Assembly: GCA_009103225.1 (NCBI GenBank)
Contig: RHPI01001965.1
Coordinates: 387,114 to 451,113 of the forward strand
DNA length: 64,000 nt
From: Chlorokybus atmophyticus
Taxonomy: Eukaryota; Plantae; Mesostigma and Chlorokybus algae
Direction: 5' to 3'
Program-made: the position numbers and the translations under genes
In this document: positions 38,251-52,900 of the stretch, one piece after another
Numbering within the stretch: the first letter of the stretch is position 1
Layout of the letters: each line of letters starts with the position of its first letter
Notes under the pieces: generated by a model
The model's input: the letters and a program-made list of their open reading frames with translations, nothing else
Database searches by the model: none
Told to the model about the DNA's origin: nothing

Positions 38251-41200
38251 TCACCTCTTGTGGTGTTTAATGTACTTCAGGGCAAGAAACGCCAGTAAGC
38301 TGTACCCCGCCCACAGCACCGCTAGCCAACCGATGTTGTGCCACTTGTTGATACCCTCCAAGTCATACCTGTGCAACTGAATGGGACATTACGAATCAGT
38401 AATTCAAGCACGCGCGAGCCATAACGACTTCAACATGCATCTCACAACACATTACCACGTCCCGGCCGCTGTGAATCTGGCACTGCTGGTTGGGTTTGCA
38501 ATGGCTTGTGTAGTCCGCATTGAGTTGGTCGCCACCAAACTGATTGACAACGAGGCCCTCAAACGTGAAGGTGAAGAAGGATATGTAATGAGCCCTGCAA
38601 TTGATGAAGACATGGCAATGAATGGTCTCATTCTGCACAATGCATCAATCATGCAGGCACAATGGCCTGACATCATATTTGGTTACCATATCCAGTAGTG
38701 GGGTATACTGGGCTTCAGTATCAGAAACCCTGCAACAAGAGCATGTGAAAGCCCATCCAACACCATAGGATGCCCAGGCAGTGGAATCATGGAAGCTCAC
38801 AACTCACCAATGCCACACGATGCAAGTGTTTAGCAGCAATGCTATGATGCAAGGCATGTGGTGTTTTTACCGGAAAAAATCATGAAGAGGATGAGTGTCA
38901 GGGGCGCTAGTATGCCAGCCACCTCTGGCGTTGGCGACACAGCACCGATCATCACAGCGTATGATAGAGCACATACAGACTCTGTCGACAAACAGACATC
39001 AGTGGGTACGTGATGAGTTGAGCAGGCATGGTGTTTAGCTTCAGTATACACCCTACCCATTGCGAGCACCAATATAAAGTAAATTACGCGTATGAACGTG
39101 GATATGAACCCAACGCTCCAGTAGACAATGAGAGCGAAGAGGATGGTGGACACCACGAGCGCAGGATATTCCACAAGCACAGTGGCCATGAAGAATGATG
39201 ACACACGGTACATCCCGTCATGGCGCTCCCGCAGGAACAGCGGCCGCTCAGTCAAAATGAACGGAACATACAATGTCGCCGACATGCCAAAGAAGGTTGC
39301 TGCGAGAAACCATCATTATTGCTGCACTAACAGATGAGCACAACAAGATGCACATCTTCTTACGTATGAGATAGTTCAAGGCCACCAAGTTGTTAAGGCC
39401 AAATTGGTCAAAGCCTTGGTTGGCCCACACAGTTGCAATCAGCGCTCCAACAAACAACCTTGACATTATCTGTCACACAAGCCTTGCTGTTGTATAACCA
39501 ACTTCTGGCCATTGCTCATGCAAACATGCGATATGTGTGCAATTACTCTTGTGCCGAAGTATTGTCTGTCTTGGTAGCTTGAGGCAGCTCTTCTGCGCAG
39601 CAGCGTCCATGTCGCAAAGGGGAATGACGTCTCATACTTTGACTTGCTGCCAGCAAGTGCAACAGTGGACTGCTGCTTGTCGCCTCCATCCGCACCACCA
39701 ACTGCTGTTGTCGCACCCGCTGACAGCAAAAGTTGCTGCAATGGCGCACATGGAGCTCAGTTCAGCATTACCTCTTCGTGTACATGGAGCTACTTACAAC
39801 TTACTTCAAGTGTGTTGTCATTGTGTTTGCGCAGTTCCGACTCCGCATAAGCTCTGTGGAAGTCATAATCGACGCCCTCAGAAATGCCGCCACCGGTCAC
39901 CTCAATGAGGTACTCGGCAGCATTGCTGCCTTGGTGGAAATAGAACCCCTGACTGACAAAGTAAGGCACCGCTTCCTGCGCCTTACCAAGATACACCAGC
40001 TGCAAAAACAACATTGGTCAGGACTTCACAAAGGCGCTGGTGCAAGAGAGTATATCAGGGACCAAACCAGCATAGAGTATACCACCGGAATGATATCAGC
40101 ACCATTAACTGACCTGGCCTTGACATAGTAGCAGCAACTCATCAAACAGGCTGTAGATGTCGCTGCTAGGCTGCAAACAAGGGCTGTATGGGTTTAACAA
40201 GCATTGTGATATTACTAGTACTGGGGTTAGTCTCTGACCTGGTGAATTGTGCAGATCACTGTACGGCCACCGTCAGCCAGCCCGCGCACAACACGGATAA
40301 TGTCGTGTGACGTCGCACTGTCTGCAAGCAAATGGCTCAGCGACGCGCTCAGACCACTCAGTTCCATATCAAAAAAGATGGCACTCACCGAGACCGCTTG
40401 TAGGTTCATCGAGAAACAACATTGACGGATTGAACATCAGCTCCACGCCTATGTTCACACGCTTCTTCTGGCCCCTGCACCCACAAAAGTGCACGCACAT
40501 TACTACACAATTCCACCAACCACTTGACATGGGGTGGTATGGATGCACTACCCCGAGATGCCGCGGATGAGGTTAGAGCCAATTTTAGTGTCGCGAACGG
40601 ATCGGAGACCGAGTGCAGCGATGATTTTCTCTACACGGTCCTTTTTCACTGCCAGTGGAGTGCTCTGGGTCATCTTCAGCAACGCAGAGTACAGGAGCTG
40701 CATCCACGCTCAAGCATCAGAACCAACGAGTTACAGGAAAACACCTCACAAACAACTAGACATGTCTGCACACCGTTCAGCCCACATACCATCTCATAGA
40801 CTGTGAGGTTGGGGGCCAGCGTGTCCTGCTGCTCGACATATGCAGCCATCTTCTTGAACAGTTTCGGCCGGCGGGCGCCACCAAAGAGCAGCTCTCCGGT
40901 CTCCTGGCCAACATTCTTTCGCCCGGCTATCACATCCAGCTGTGCAAATATTCATTGGCTATCACACCACTGGCTTACACAGTGCTCAGCAATGAGTGCA
41001 TGCAGGCACTCAGGCAGAACATTCATGCACACGGTATACGGCGAAGTCGCATGCCGCTTACCAATGTAGTTTTGCCCGCACCGCTGGGACCCATAAGAGC
41101 AGTGAGTTCACGCGGGCGGAAGAACCCAGTGACTGCAAAACCGCATGCAATGTTACTTTGCTGCAACAACACGGTTTGCTCTCCCTCTATACTACATACG

Positions 41201-41576
41201 TACCGCCATCAAGGATTTTCTTGTCATAGGGATGTTTCACGCCAGCTTTTCGCTGCTGCCTGTTTGGCTTTATGACGATAGTATAACTCAAGTTCTTGCA
41301 CGTAATCACTATACCCTCCTGCTCACATGAGAGATGTGAAAGCGAGGTTGCTGACCATGCTCACAACCACACCATGCTGCTCCTGATTTTACTCGCCTGT
41401 TGCAATACAGCAGCAGAAGCACGTGTGATGTCTGCAGCCGATGCTGTGTTGTGTCTGCCGACCGCAGCAAGCATGGCCATGCCATTGCTGGCGTTGGAGC
41501 CATTGTGGCCATTGGTGTGCTTTGCTGACTCCTCCCCTCCTACTTCACTCCGCACATTGAGGCGCACCTCTGCCAT
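38251..41576 (-). CDS. ABCG (White-family) half transporter, NBD-TMD
   Basis: Walker [19 protein letters not shown], signature RGISGGQRKRV, Walker [45 protein letters not shown]-terminal [12 protein letters not shown]. Confidence 0.95.
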
Positions 41577-42400
41577 GGGCGCCAATGCAGGCGGCTGCTT
41601 AAGCTGCAGAGTAACAAAATTCACGCATACTTACGTTTATCTGAACACACGGTTGGCTTAGAAACCGGTTTCTATCTACAATCGCAACGCATTTGCAAGT
41701 TACTTCCAAGAGTCATGTAAGCGTCCATGCACGCGCGTACCACACCCCTTATCCAATCAGCATGCTTTTGCCAAAACAGGTAGAATGCCCTTTCTTGAAA
41801 CAAGATTCAGCTTTGTGATACCAACAGCTGTCTGTATTCATCGTCGTATATACACCTTGTTTATCCATGTAACGTGCCCAGTTTCGTGTATGACCAAGAT
41901 AAAGACCCATCAGACTGCTGAAACTTGCTGGCCCAACTACCAAGTGCAAGCTGTGTATGAACGCTTGTGTTTTCGCTGCATAGAGCACTGCATGGCGATA
42001 GTACGAACAGCAGGACAATTCTGTTTCCAAACGAGCACAATCCCTGTACCAATGAGATTTCATACAGCTGTTCAAACTTAGGCTTGCACTCGCATTGTGC
42101 TACTACATACAGTCAAGAAGCCTAGAACCTCAGCATGACCAAATCTAGCTAACCAGCTGCCGTCGCAATACTCGACGCACCTTCCAGGCGCCTGATGGAC
42201 ACTTCCCAGGCGGAGCCGTGCTTCAGCAGCTTCAGATTCAACAACCACTAACACAGTATCCAACCTAAATCCCAGGCCCAGCTACACTATCGCCGCCTCC
42301 GAGACAAACATACTGCTTCTGTGCCTACTCCGACCAGCTCCTGACAGACTCCTGTGCAAGCGCAACATGCTTGTTGCTTGGTTGTTACTGGTCTTGTGAG

Positions 42401-42479
42401 GTGGCACTGGCAACTTGCCAGTGCCACAAGGACGGTACAGTGGTACATGTACCATGTCGTACATCTGTACCACTGTACC
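42401..42479. promoter_or_regulatory. Two adjacent perfect palindromes, the second carrying six GTAC cores
   Basis: GTGGCACTGGCAA-C-TTGCCAGTGCCAC (42401-42427); GGTACAGTGGTACA..TGTACCACTGTACC (42434-42479) with GTAC at 42435, 42443, 42449, 42459, 42467 and 42475. Confidence 0.55.
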
Positions 42480-42719
42480 ATCCATTCGCTGTCTTCACCG
42501 TCAGATGACACAGTTTGCAACGCGCTTGCCGTCCGATGAGCATTGCTATTTCTTGGTGTGCATTTTGCATGGTGTTGCCTATAGAAAATAGTTTGTCTAC
42601 TATTACGCCGCCCATCCGTTACGTAAGCTGGCCTGGCGGAAAGCTTGGCCTGGCCTAGCATGGCCCAGTGTGGCCTGGTCCAGTGACGGCCAGGCCGGAG
42701 GAAAGGATTTGGCCTCAGC

Positions 42720-43885
42720 ATGGCGCGTGTGCCAGGCGAGGCATGTACCTTGGATGCCCAGTGGCGGCTGGCGATGCTCGCGCTAGATTGCGCCTACCCG
42801 GCGTTGGTGGCGGCGCAGCGCAGGGCAATCGGACGCTTCCCTGCCGCCAGGTTCACCAGGACCTGGCCCGCCGCCGCCAACATGGCCTGCCACATTGTCG
42901 CCGGAGGTGTCGCTGTGGCGTGCGGCGCTGCCTGGTTCTTTTACTCCAGGTAGGGGATGTGCATGTGAGCAAGCTGCCGCCAACATGCAAGGCCAATGCA
43001 GTGCATTTGAATTGGAGTCTAAGTGCATGTGCAGTGCCACACACAATTACATTTACATTACATGTTTCAACAACTCAATACTGGTACGCATGCAGCGAAT
43101 GCATGCGAACTGCCACATTGATGGAGCAATGCACAGGAATAGCTTGACAAACGTGCCAACAATTAACGGAGCAATGCAAGTTGCTTAGCATTGTGTGTAT
43201 GACTAACGTGCTTCATGTGACCTTTTTAACCTTTGGTTACTGCATGCATGTGTACAAGTGTCTGAGATGTTGCCATTGCAACTGATGCATGGGGGATGCA
43301 GATCTCATTGGATGCCCGTTGTAATGGCGTGGGCGACACTGGTGCACACGCTCACATGCTGTAACCTTATAAGCAATGTGTCGGGGGAGCAGCACATCAC
43401 TATACCGCTGTACACTGGCGCGATGGCGCTCAACGCCCACAATGCGCTGGACGTGCTCCTCAATGGCGGCGACGACCGCTCCGTGCACCTGTTGTGGTCG
43501 TCCATGAATATCTTTGTCGTTGTTAGGGTAGTTTACTTCACGCTCGCGCATTTGCCTGTAGGTAGGAGCACGCTATACACGTACTCGATATCCACCGCTG
43601 GCCTTGCCGTGCTGCTGGTGTCCGGCCATTCGCCCAACTGGCTGGCGATATATGCGTTGCCCGCACTATGCACAGGCATCATCCCTTACAGGAAACATTC
43701 TTTGGCCAGGAGCACTTCGCAGCTATGGCCGGATTAGAGCCAGCTGGCACATTATTGCCAGCTGGCCCTCCATTGTTGGATCATTGCCAATTACTTTGTT
43801 GGCAATCACAGCCGCACTGCAGATGTATGGCATTGCCACTAATCTGCATGCAATGTGGTTCTCTTACTTGGTCATTGTAACATAG
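42720..43885 (+). CDS. Uncharacterised multi-pass membrane protein; apparent +1 frameshift at 43683-43685, or an alternative intron
   Basis: Exon 1 ..HIVAGGVAVACGAAWFFYS|, exon 2 RSHWMPVVMAWATLVH..LYTYSISTAGLAVLL..ALCTGII. Hydrophobic sequence continues in another frame (GNILWPGALR..WFSYLVIVT*). Confidence 0.7.
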
Positions 43886-44236
43886 ACAGCTCATAATTCA
43901 TGCCTGCTGATGTGTTTGCGTGCGCAGCAACTGGCACCTTGCATTGTTCAGCTGTATGAATGTTGCCTTGCACAAGCAACTACCATATTGTCACCTTATT
44001 CCGGAACACACAAGGACTCCAACCCACAGTTGAGGCCATTCGCTACACCCTCACCCTTATGCGGTTGCTAAAAAAACCCACCACTAAAGTCACTCAGTCA
44101 TTTTGTACTGAAAGGGACAATCATGTCTTTCAACTTCTGCCTGTCGCATTTTTGATACACAGCAACTGAGGCCCTGTTGCTATCAACCAAGCAGCACTGG
44201 GATAGTGTTTATTGTAGTCGCGGACACACCCTCTTG

Positions 44237-45514
44237 CTACTCCTTGGCAGTGGATTCGTTGGCCAAGCGGATTTGTCTCCTCATGGTCAGCTTAAAGTAA
44301 CGTCTCCTCTGCGCACCGACATTTGAGAAAACGGTCAAGCCAAGGCACCAAAAACAAGTACAGCAATAGCGCAGCTGCTGCATATGTGTGACATACGGAT
44401 CGTACATACATGAGTATCAGTGGTAAGCTCCTCTGGCATGCGCTCTAGCTCGGTGATGGAAGGGAGTGGCTTTGCAAGCCGCCATAGCCATTCAGGGTAC
44501 TCACTGCCAGGGAAAGCATGATGTCAGCACCATGTAGGTCAAACGCTTAAGGCAGTAAGCCAAGCGCTCAATAGTTGCTTTGAATGCTCAACACAGCGCT
44601 CTTCAATGCATCGACTGGCACTTCTTGACCAAGGCAACCCCTGAGCCTATACTAACAACGGACTCAACTACATTGCTGTGAGACTTTATATGGTAGAGCA
44701 GTGCAACGGGTATGAATGCTGTCCAGGGCTTACCTGTCTGGCCTGAAAGCTGGGTCTGTGCCGCCCTTCTTCAGGTTTGTTCCGCGAGCAACGTCCTTGC
44801 CGCCGCTGTCTGGTGTGACTGCAGCTGGTGTTTCCTGCACAGCTGTTCAATCATGTGAGAGCTTCTGGCGCAACGGTGCCAGGACCACCAAGTAAAGCAT
44901 TGTGCTGCAATCTGTGACACCACTCGGCAGTTCCTGAACAATGCCAACAGCTGATGTCCATGCTGAACTACTATGAAGGAAGTGCATTGCAAATTAGAGT
45001 GCGTTGTACCAGTACAAGAGAAATGACTGCAGCAGTGCAAAGCTGTTGTGCGGTAGCTGACATGCAAACACAATCTGTGAAACTTTTACGCTACCTCAGG
45101 CATCACAAAGTGACGGATGCAGTGGCTAACTCCTGCCAGTTGAGGAGCAGAGCCTAAAGTTTGCCTAAAGTTTCTATCTAGTTTTCCCTAAGGGCATGAA
45201 GATGTCAATTGTAGTACTTAATGTGCATTGTAGTACTTAATGTGCATTCTAATCGAAGCAAATGCAATCTAGGGGAACATGCAGCTGCAATGCTGCCTCC
45301 TTCTGCCGGAACCGTGCTTGGTATGCAAGCTTTGTTGTGCACATGAAAGCCAAATGAGAAGCTGCTTATATGTCCACTTGCCTGCTGCTTGCCCCTTCTT
45401 GCCCTTTGCAGCACTGGCAGCTGAACGCAGCTGCTGCCGCAATCCCAAGTACCCACCAGTTGCGGCGGCAGTAAGCACCTTGTGGCTACTGCCTCGGACA
45501 ACCGCAGCAAGCAT
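44237..45514 (-). CDS. MRPL54: Mitochondrial ribosomal protein mL54
   Basis: Presequence-like N-terminus, then GTNLKKGGTDPAFRPDSEYPEWLWRL..ITELE..RRYFKL..RQIRLAN; first donor is CAG|GCAAGT. Confidence 0.85.
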
Positions 45515-46084
45515 GCCGGCACCACCACCACCACCGCCGCCGCCGCCGCCGCCGTCAATTACTTCGGCTTAGGAAAGCCATCTAACTCCTGAAACGTTAG
45601 TTTAATTGGACAACTATTGTTAAGCATAGGTAGCACAGGTATCGACACTGGAAAATGTAGATATCACACAGCAGAGATATCACATTCCCTCTCTACGATA
45701 TCTGCCGCTACGCAAGGAATGTTCGCACTTCTTGACAGCAGTGATATCCAAGTTAAGTTGTGTTCGTCAAGAAAGCCACAGGCAAATGCAGTCGAATTCG
45801 AGATAGAAAGAGGATATCCGTGATGGAATGAGAACCTCGCGCAGCAATGCGCCACGTCGGCTGCTTGGCAGCACGCTAAGTGCGGAGCTGATCTCCGGCA
45901 GCTGGGCATGGATGTGGCGGTGACGGCTGCGCAGGAGCACGCGGTGGCGGCGGTGGCTTGTCAAGTGAATGTGTCGTATGGTTTGTCATAGTCGGTAGGA
46001 TGAGTGTCATTCGGTGGTTGGGCATGAGGTGAGCGGGTGCAGCCATTCGTCGACTGTGCTCACAAGCAAGCAGGGAGTAGCGCA

Positions 46085-48475
<2,391 letters not shown>

Positions 48476-49615
48476 TTGTGATGCATCCACTTAAAGAAAT
48501 GAAGTGTTCGTGCTGGTGCGGGCTGGCTTTAGCGTGTGCATCTGAAGGGGGGGCGTTGAATACGTGATTTCAATCTGCTGCAGGGGAACGAAGTTTGCCA
48601 TGTGGAAACAGAAGTTGCCTTGATACACGCGGAGCTTGCCCAAGCTAGGAAGGTGTTGTAGAATAGTGTGCTTAGGCTGATGCACGCGGATGCTTAATAG
48701 AGGTAGAGGAGTGACTTTTGCAGGTGCTTAGTTGTCTTCATCCTGACTGCTCTCTGTAGATTGCTGATTGTAAGTCGCTGACTGTGACCTGTCCTGTGAA
48801 GTTCAGTGCATTCTGTATGAGGGCTGCCTTTGCAGTTGCGAGGCAACACGTAAAGACTAGTGTAACAGCAGCAGCAATCTTTGAACTGCTCTGCCGAGGT
48901 ACAACATAAACTAGTGCACGTAGGGGTGCTGCAATGCAAGTACCAGCTGGTAAGTCTAGCAGTCCATAAGGGAAGGGTTGAGTGTGAGCACAAGGTTGTT
49001 GATACAGACATCCACATGGGTGCCCAACTTCCGATAGGTCATCAGGTGTCAACTGGCCATGTGAGCGTACAGTGCGAGCTCACTGCTCTGGAAAGGCGGG
49101 TTTGTAGGCAGTATAGTTGAGATTTCATTGGCATGCATGATGTGTGTATTCTGGTTGCTTCTCTCACGCTTATTGGTGGTGTGGGCAGACTAGCCAAGAG
49201 ACCTCTAAGCTGACAGCCTTCTCAAGTAAACCAACTCCGTTGCTACCTATTGTGTCAAGCGCAGCAGTTCAGAGACTTTACAACGGGCGAACACACTGCT
49301 GTGGAGGCCATGCGGCGAGCTGCTAGGTGGAGTCCGTTATGGCGGCACTTGAGGGAGCGTGCATTGTTGTAATGGATATGACCAGTATGACGATTGGGGG
49401 GCTGTCGCGGTCTGCAAGTGTGCGTATTGCAATGCATGAATGCGATGGTGTGACAGCCTGATTGTGAGCGCGCGATACAGCGTGTGGGACTCTTGTACAG
49501 TTGTAGCTCTGTGAGTGTGCGTTGTGTAGTTTTAGCAGCTTCTTGATAACCGTCACATAAGGAAAATGTGACATGAATGCAGTTCTATCAAGTGCTTTTT
49601 CTTGATTAGGCAAAT

Positions 49616-49747
49616 TGATGTCAAGACGTTTTGAGGGTGTGCGTTATACATCATCATATAAACATGAACATCTCCACTTGTGATGTCAAGACGTTTTGAG
49701 GGTGTGCGTTATACATCATCATATAAACATGAACATCTCCACTTGTG
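49616..49747. repeat. Perfect 65-bp tandem duplication
   Basis: 49616-49680 is identical to 49681-49745. Confidence 0.95.
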
Positions 49748-49910
49748 GTTTGCAGCAACGAGCAGTGAAATGTTTCGGACCCGGGATGGCAGCGCAACGT
49801 GCACTTGGCTTGTACGATTACTAGTGTAAACACAATGTGTAATGATCTACATAACTCTATTGTAACTGTACAGTCCCTGAGCGAGGTGGCAGTCTACTGA
49901 GGTAATCCTG

Positions 49911-52900
49911 TCACCACTGAAACCTTGCAAGCTGACCCTGTGCCTCACCCAAGTCCTTTTGAACCTTTTTCCTCCGGTAGAAGATTGGGCAATCTCGACT
50001 GTTGAACACAGATCATATGAGTACCTTGACTGGCCATGAGTAACACAACTGCTAGGAGTATTACAGATGTACGTACCTTGTGCACAGCACATCTTGATGC
50101 AGGCTGCCTTGACACCGTTGGCACTGAGTCCAGAGGCGTGCAAACTGGTCCTCCAGCTCGTTCACGCTGCGCAAGCTCTTGTAGTAGAGCTCACTCTCTC
50201 GCTGTCGGCAATGCCGGCACAGTGTTTGCTCGTCTTGCGTAATTGCAGTCTTGCATCCCAGGCAGCTGAGCGTCTTCTTTGCAAACTTCATGATCCCTCC
50301 CACTGAAGGCACGGGGATGAACACTGATCGCGTGTGGTCGCCGCTGAGTAGCGACTGGGGGTTCTTCATGATGGGCTCAAAAATGCGCTCCAGTGGCTTC
50401 TTCAGCTGCTGTTCCAGATAGTACTTCGTGTCGATTGGAAGGTTGTTCTCCAGTACGTAGATAGGGTCTTCAGACTTCTCGTACGCCTGCCAAGAACAAG
50501 GCCTTGTAAGCAGCATCACGACTAACGGTGTACCTTCTCTGAACGCATAACACTTAACAGACACCACGCAGACCCAGATACATCAAAAACAACACACGCA
50601 AGGACAGAGATTGACACACAAGAATTCTTACATAACCATACGCACACACGCACGTATACACAGGAGGAGACACATAGAGAAATGGACACACACGGTCACC
50701 TATACCCGCACACCCGAACATGCACAGAGTACCAGCCAAAAGTTGCAAACCCGTCAACAACCAGAACATACTTTGGCCCCCTGATGTGCTTTGATAATGA
50801 CGTAAGCCACGCGGTCGCCGACATTCGGTGCTGTTGCAGGATCGCGCTTCCTCATGCGTTCTGCGAGCTCAACGTGTGCAGCCTTGACCTCGTAACTTGC
50901 GCCGGCTTTGGTGAGCCCCTTAGTGATCACCAGCAGTGACAGGTCCATGCGGTTCATGAGCAGGTCTGTTATGGTCCTCTTCACGTACTCAATGGCCCCC
51001 TCAACATCCTTGTCAATCAGTATCTTCTCTAGACATGTGGTGATGACATTCTTGACAAGCAGGCAGTTGTCTCGCCGAACAGTCTCAATGCCTGCCAAGT
51101 ACCAACCTATCAGTTATGCAATTGCATTCAAGAAGCATGTGCGCTGATGGTACTTGCAGCAAAAGCAGCGGGTGTAAGGTATGGCAAACGGATGGAACCA
51201 CATAGTCCAACCTTTGGTATCCATTTTGTCGGCCTTCTCTGGGTTTGTCCACAGCAGGCCAGCATAGCGCTTCTTGCTGATGAGCAGATACGGAAAGTAG
51301 ACCTTCTCAAACTCCAGCTTGATAGGCTTTATAAACGTAGCACTGACAAATTGCGCAGCCTCACGGCCAAGTTCCATGGCCTTATCTACAGTCTTGACTC
51401 CAAACTTGACCATCACGGAATCAGTATCTCCATACATAACGTCTGCATCAGCGGGATAGCCATTTGCAATGGTGTACTTCTCTTCCACCATCTTCTTGGT
51501 ATGCTCAATCATCTGTCGACCTGCAATTGCACCTATCAGCAGGAGATCCCACAAGAAGCAAGCCTAGACAATAACATGGGCACATGGGACTGAAACACTG
51601 TTGATAGACACATATACATACCATAGGCCGTTACTGAGGAAGAGATTTCCAAGCAAGGAAGCTTGCCGACCAGAGCGCCAGTGAAGCCGTAGACCGAGTT
51701 TGCGCTGACCTTGAGGGCCAGCTGCCTACCATCGAGCACAGCTTTCTCAAACACATCGGTTGCTGCTTTCAGGTCCGCTTTGGCGCGCTTGCGAGCGGAC
51801 AGAAGCTCCTCCAGAATCTCAGGCAGGATGCCTTTCTGCAGCGCAGGTTTGACAAACAAGTCACCGCTTGGTGTTCTGCTCACTTGGTCCGCGGGAAGGG
51901 AGGCAACATCAGCCGAGTTCACCTGAACGACACAAAGGAAAGACTGCTGAGTTAGCAAAACAAATGAAGTGTGCTGTTTAAGTCTGAGTGCTTGTAGTGA
52001 TGATCATGGGTCTCAATCTCATCTCCTCACCAAAGTGCAGTAACAGAGGTTGTGTGCCATCATGATGGAAGGGTACAAGGATGCAAAATCCAATGTGGCA
52101 ATGGGCACATTATAGAATCCAGCCTTGGCCTCCAATACCGTCGCTCCCTCATAGGTATCCTGACCACCCTCCACCTTCTGGTTGGGGACCAAGAGGCCAC
52201 GCTGCCGAGCTTTCCGCAGAATCTGAGACATGACTTTGATGCTCTGCCCTCGAGCCAGGAGAAAAGATAGCGGTACACCCGTGACGCGAGCCATCTCAAT
52301 GTAATTGTACATGAACATCAACTTGTCCATCAACCGCTGGGGCAAGTATGCATCCTGCATGACAACTAAGAGTTATGTTGTGAACCGGTTGCAATCTCTC
52401 TAATGGCTAAGCAGTCATGTCGTACAAGCACACACACCTTTAGACAGTAGATTGCCAGCCTGTGCCTGGTCTCCGCTGAGCCATTCTGAAGGTCGCTGAT
52501 AATGGAATGGTGGACATCCTCTTTCTACAGGGCATGAACGTGCTATGAATAGGGGTGGTGGACTTGTAAAGCCATTCGTAACTATGTGCACTGCAGGCAT
52601 AGCCATGGTACGTTGACTCACCTGCTCTCCCAAGAAGTGAGCTGACACAGCGTTCAGAGAGTATGAACTGAGCTTGTAATCTCGTTGCAAAGCTTGAAGG
52701 ACATCAAACTGCACTCTCCCTTCAATTGTGATCTCCTTGCTTTCCCGCGTTCCATAAGCCCTGCACACCAGGAGCGACTTGATGAACCAGTAGACACCAT
52801 ACAATGTGTGTTCCTTGATGCCAGTATGCCCATTTTGCCATGCGGATGCAAACCAGCTGATGCTGACCTTGAGGAGAATGTGGTGTCTTTCATCCGTATC

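Noticed and set aside
41749-42721. Minus-strand ORFs upstream of ABCG as a separate gene
   Set aside because: Exon phases could not be joined consistently; more likely an intron-containing 5' leader of ABCG.
43675-43690. Possible 16-nt GC-AG micro-intron restoring the membrane protein frame
   Set aside because: Implausibly short; a 1-nt indel or the 43562-43690 intron is simpler.
48491-49613. ORFs between the K-channel and POLD1 3' ends
   Set aside because: Convergent 3' UTR region; no recognisable coding signal.
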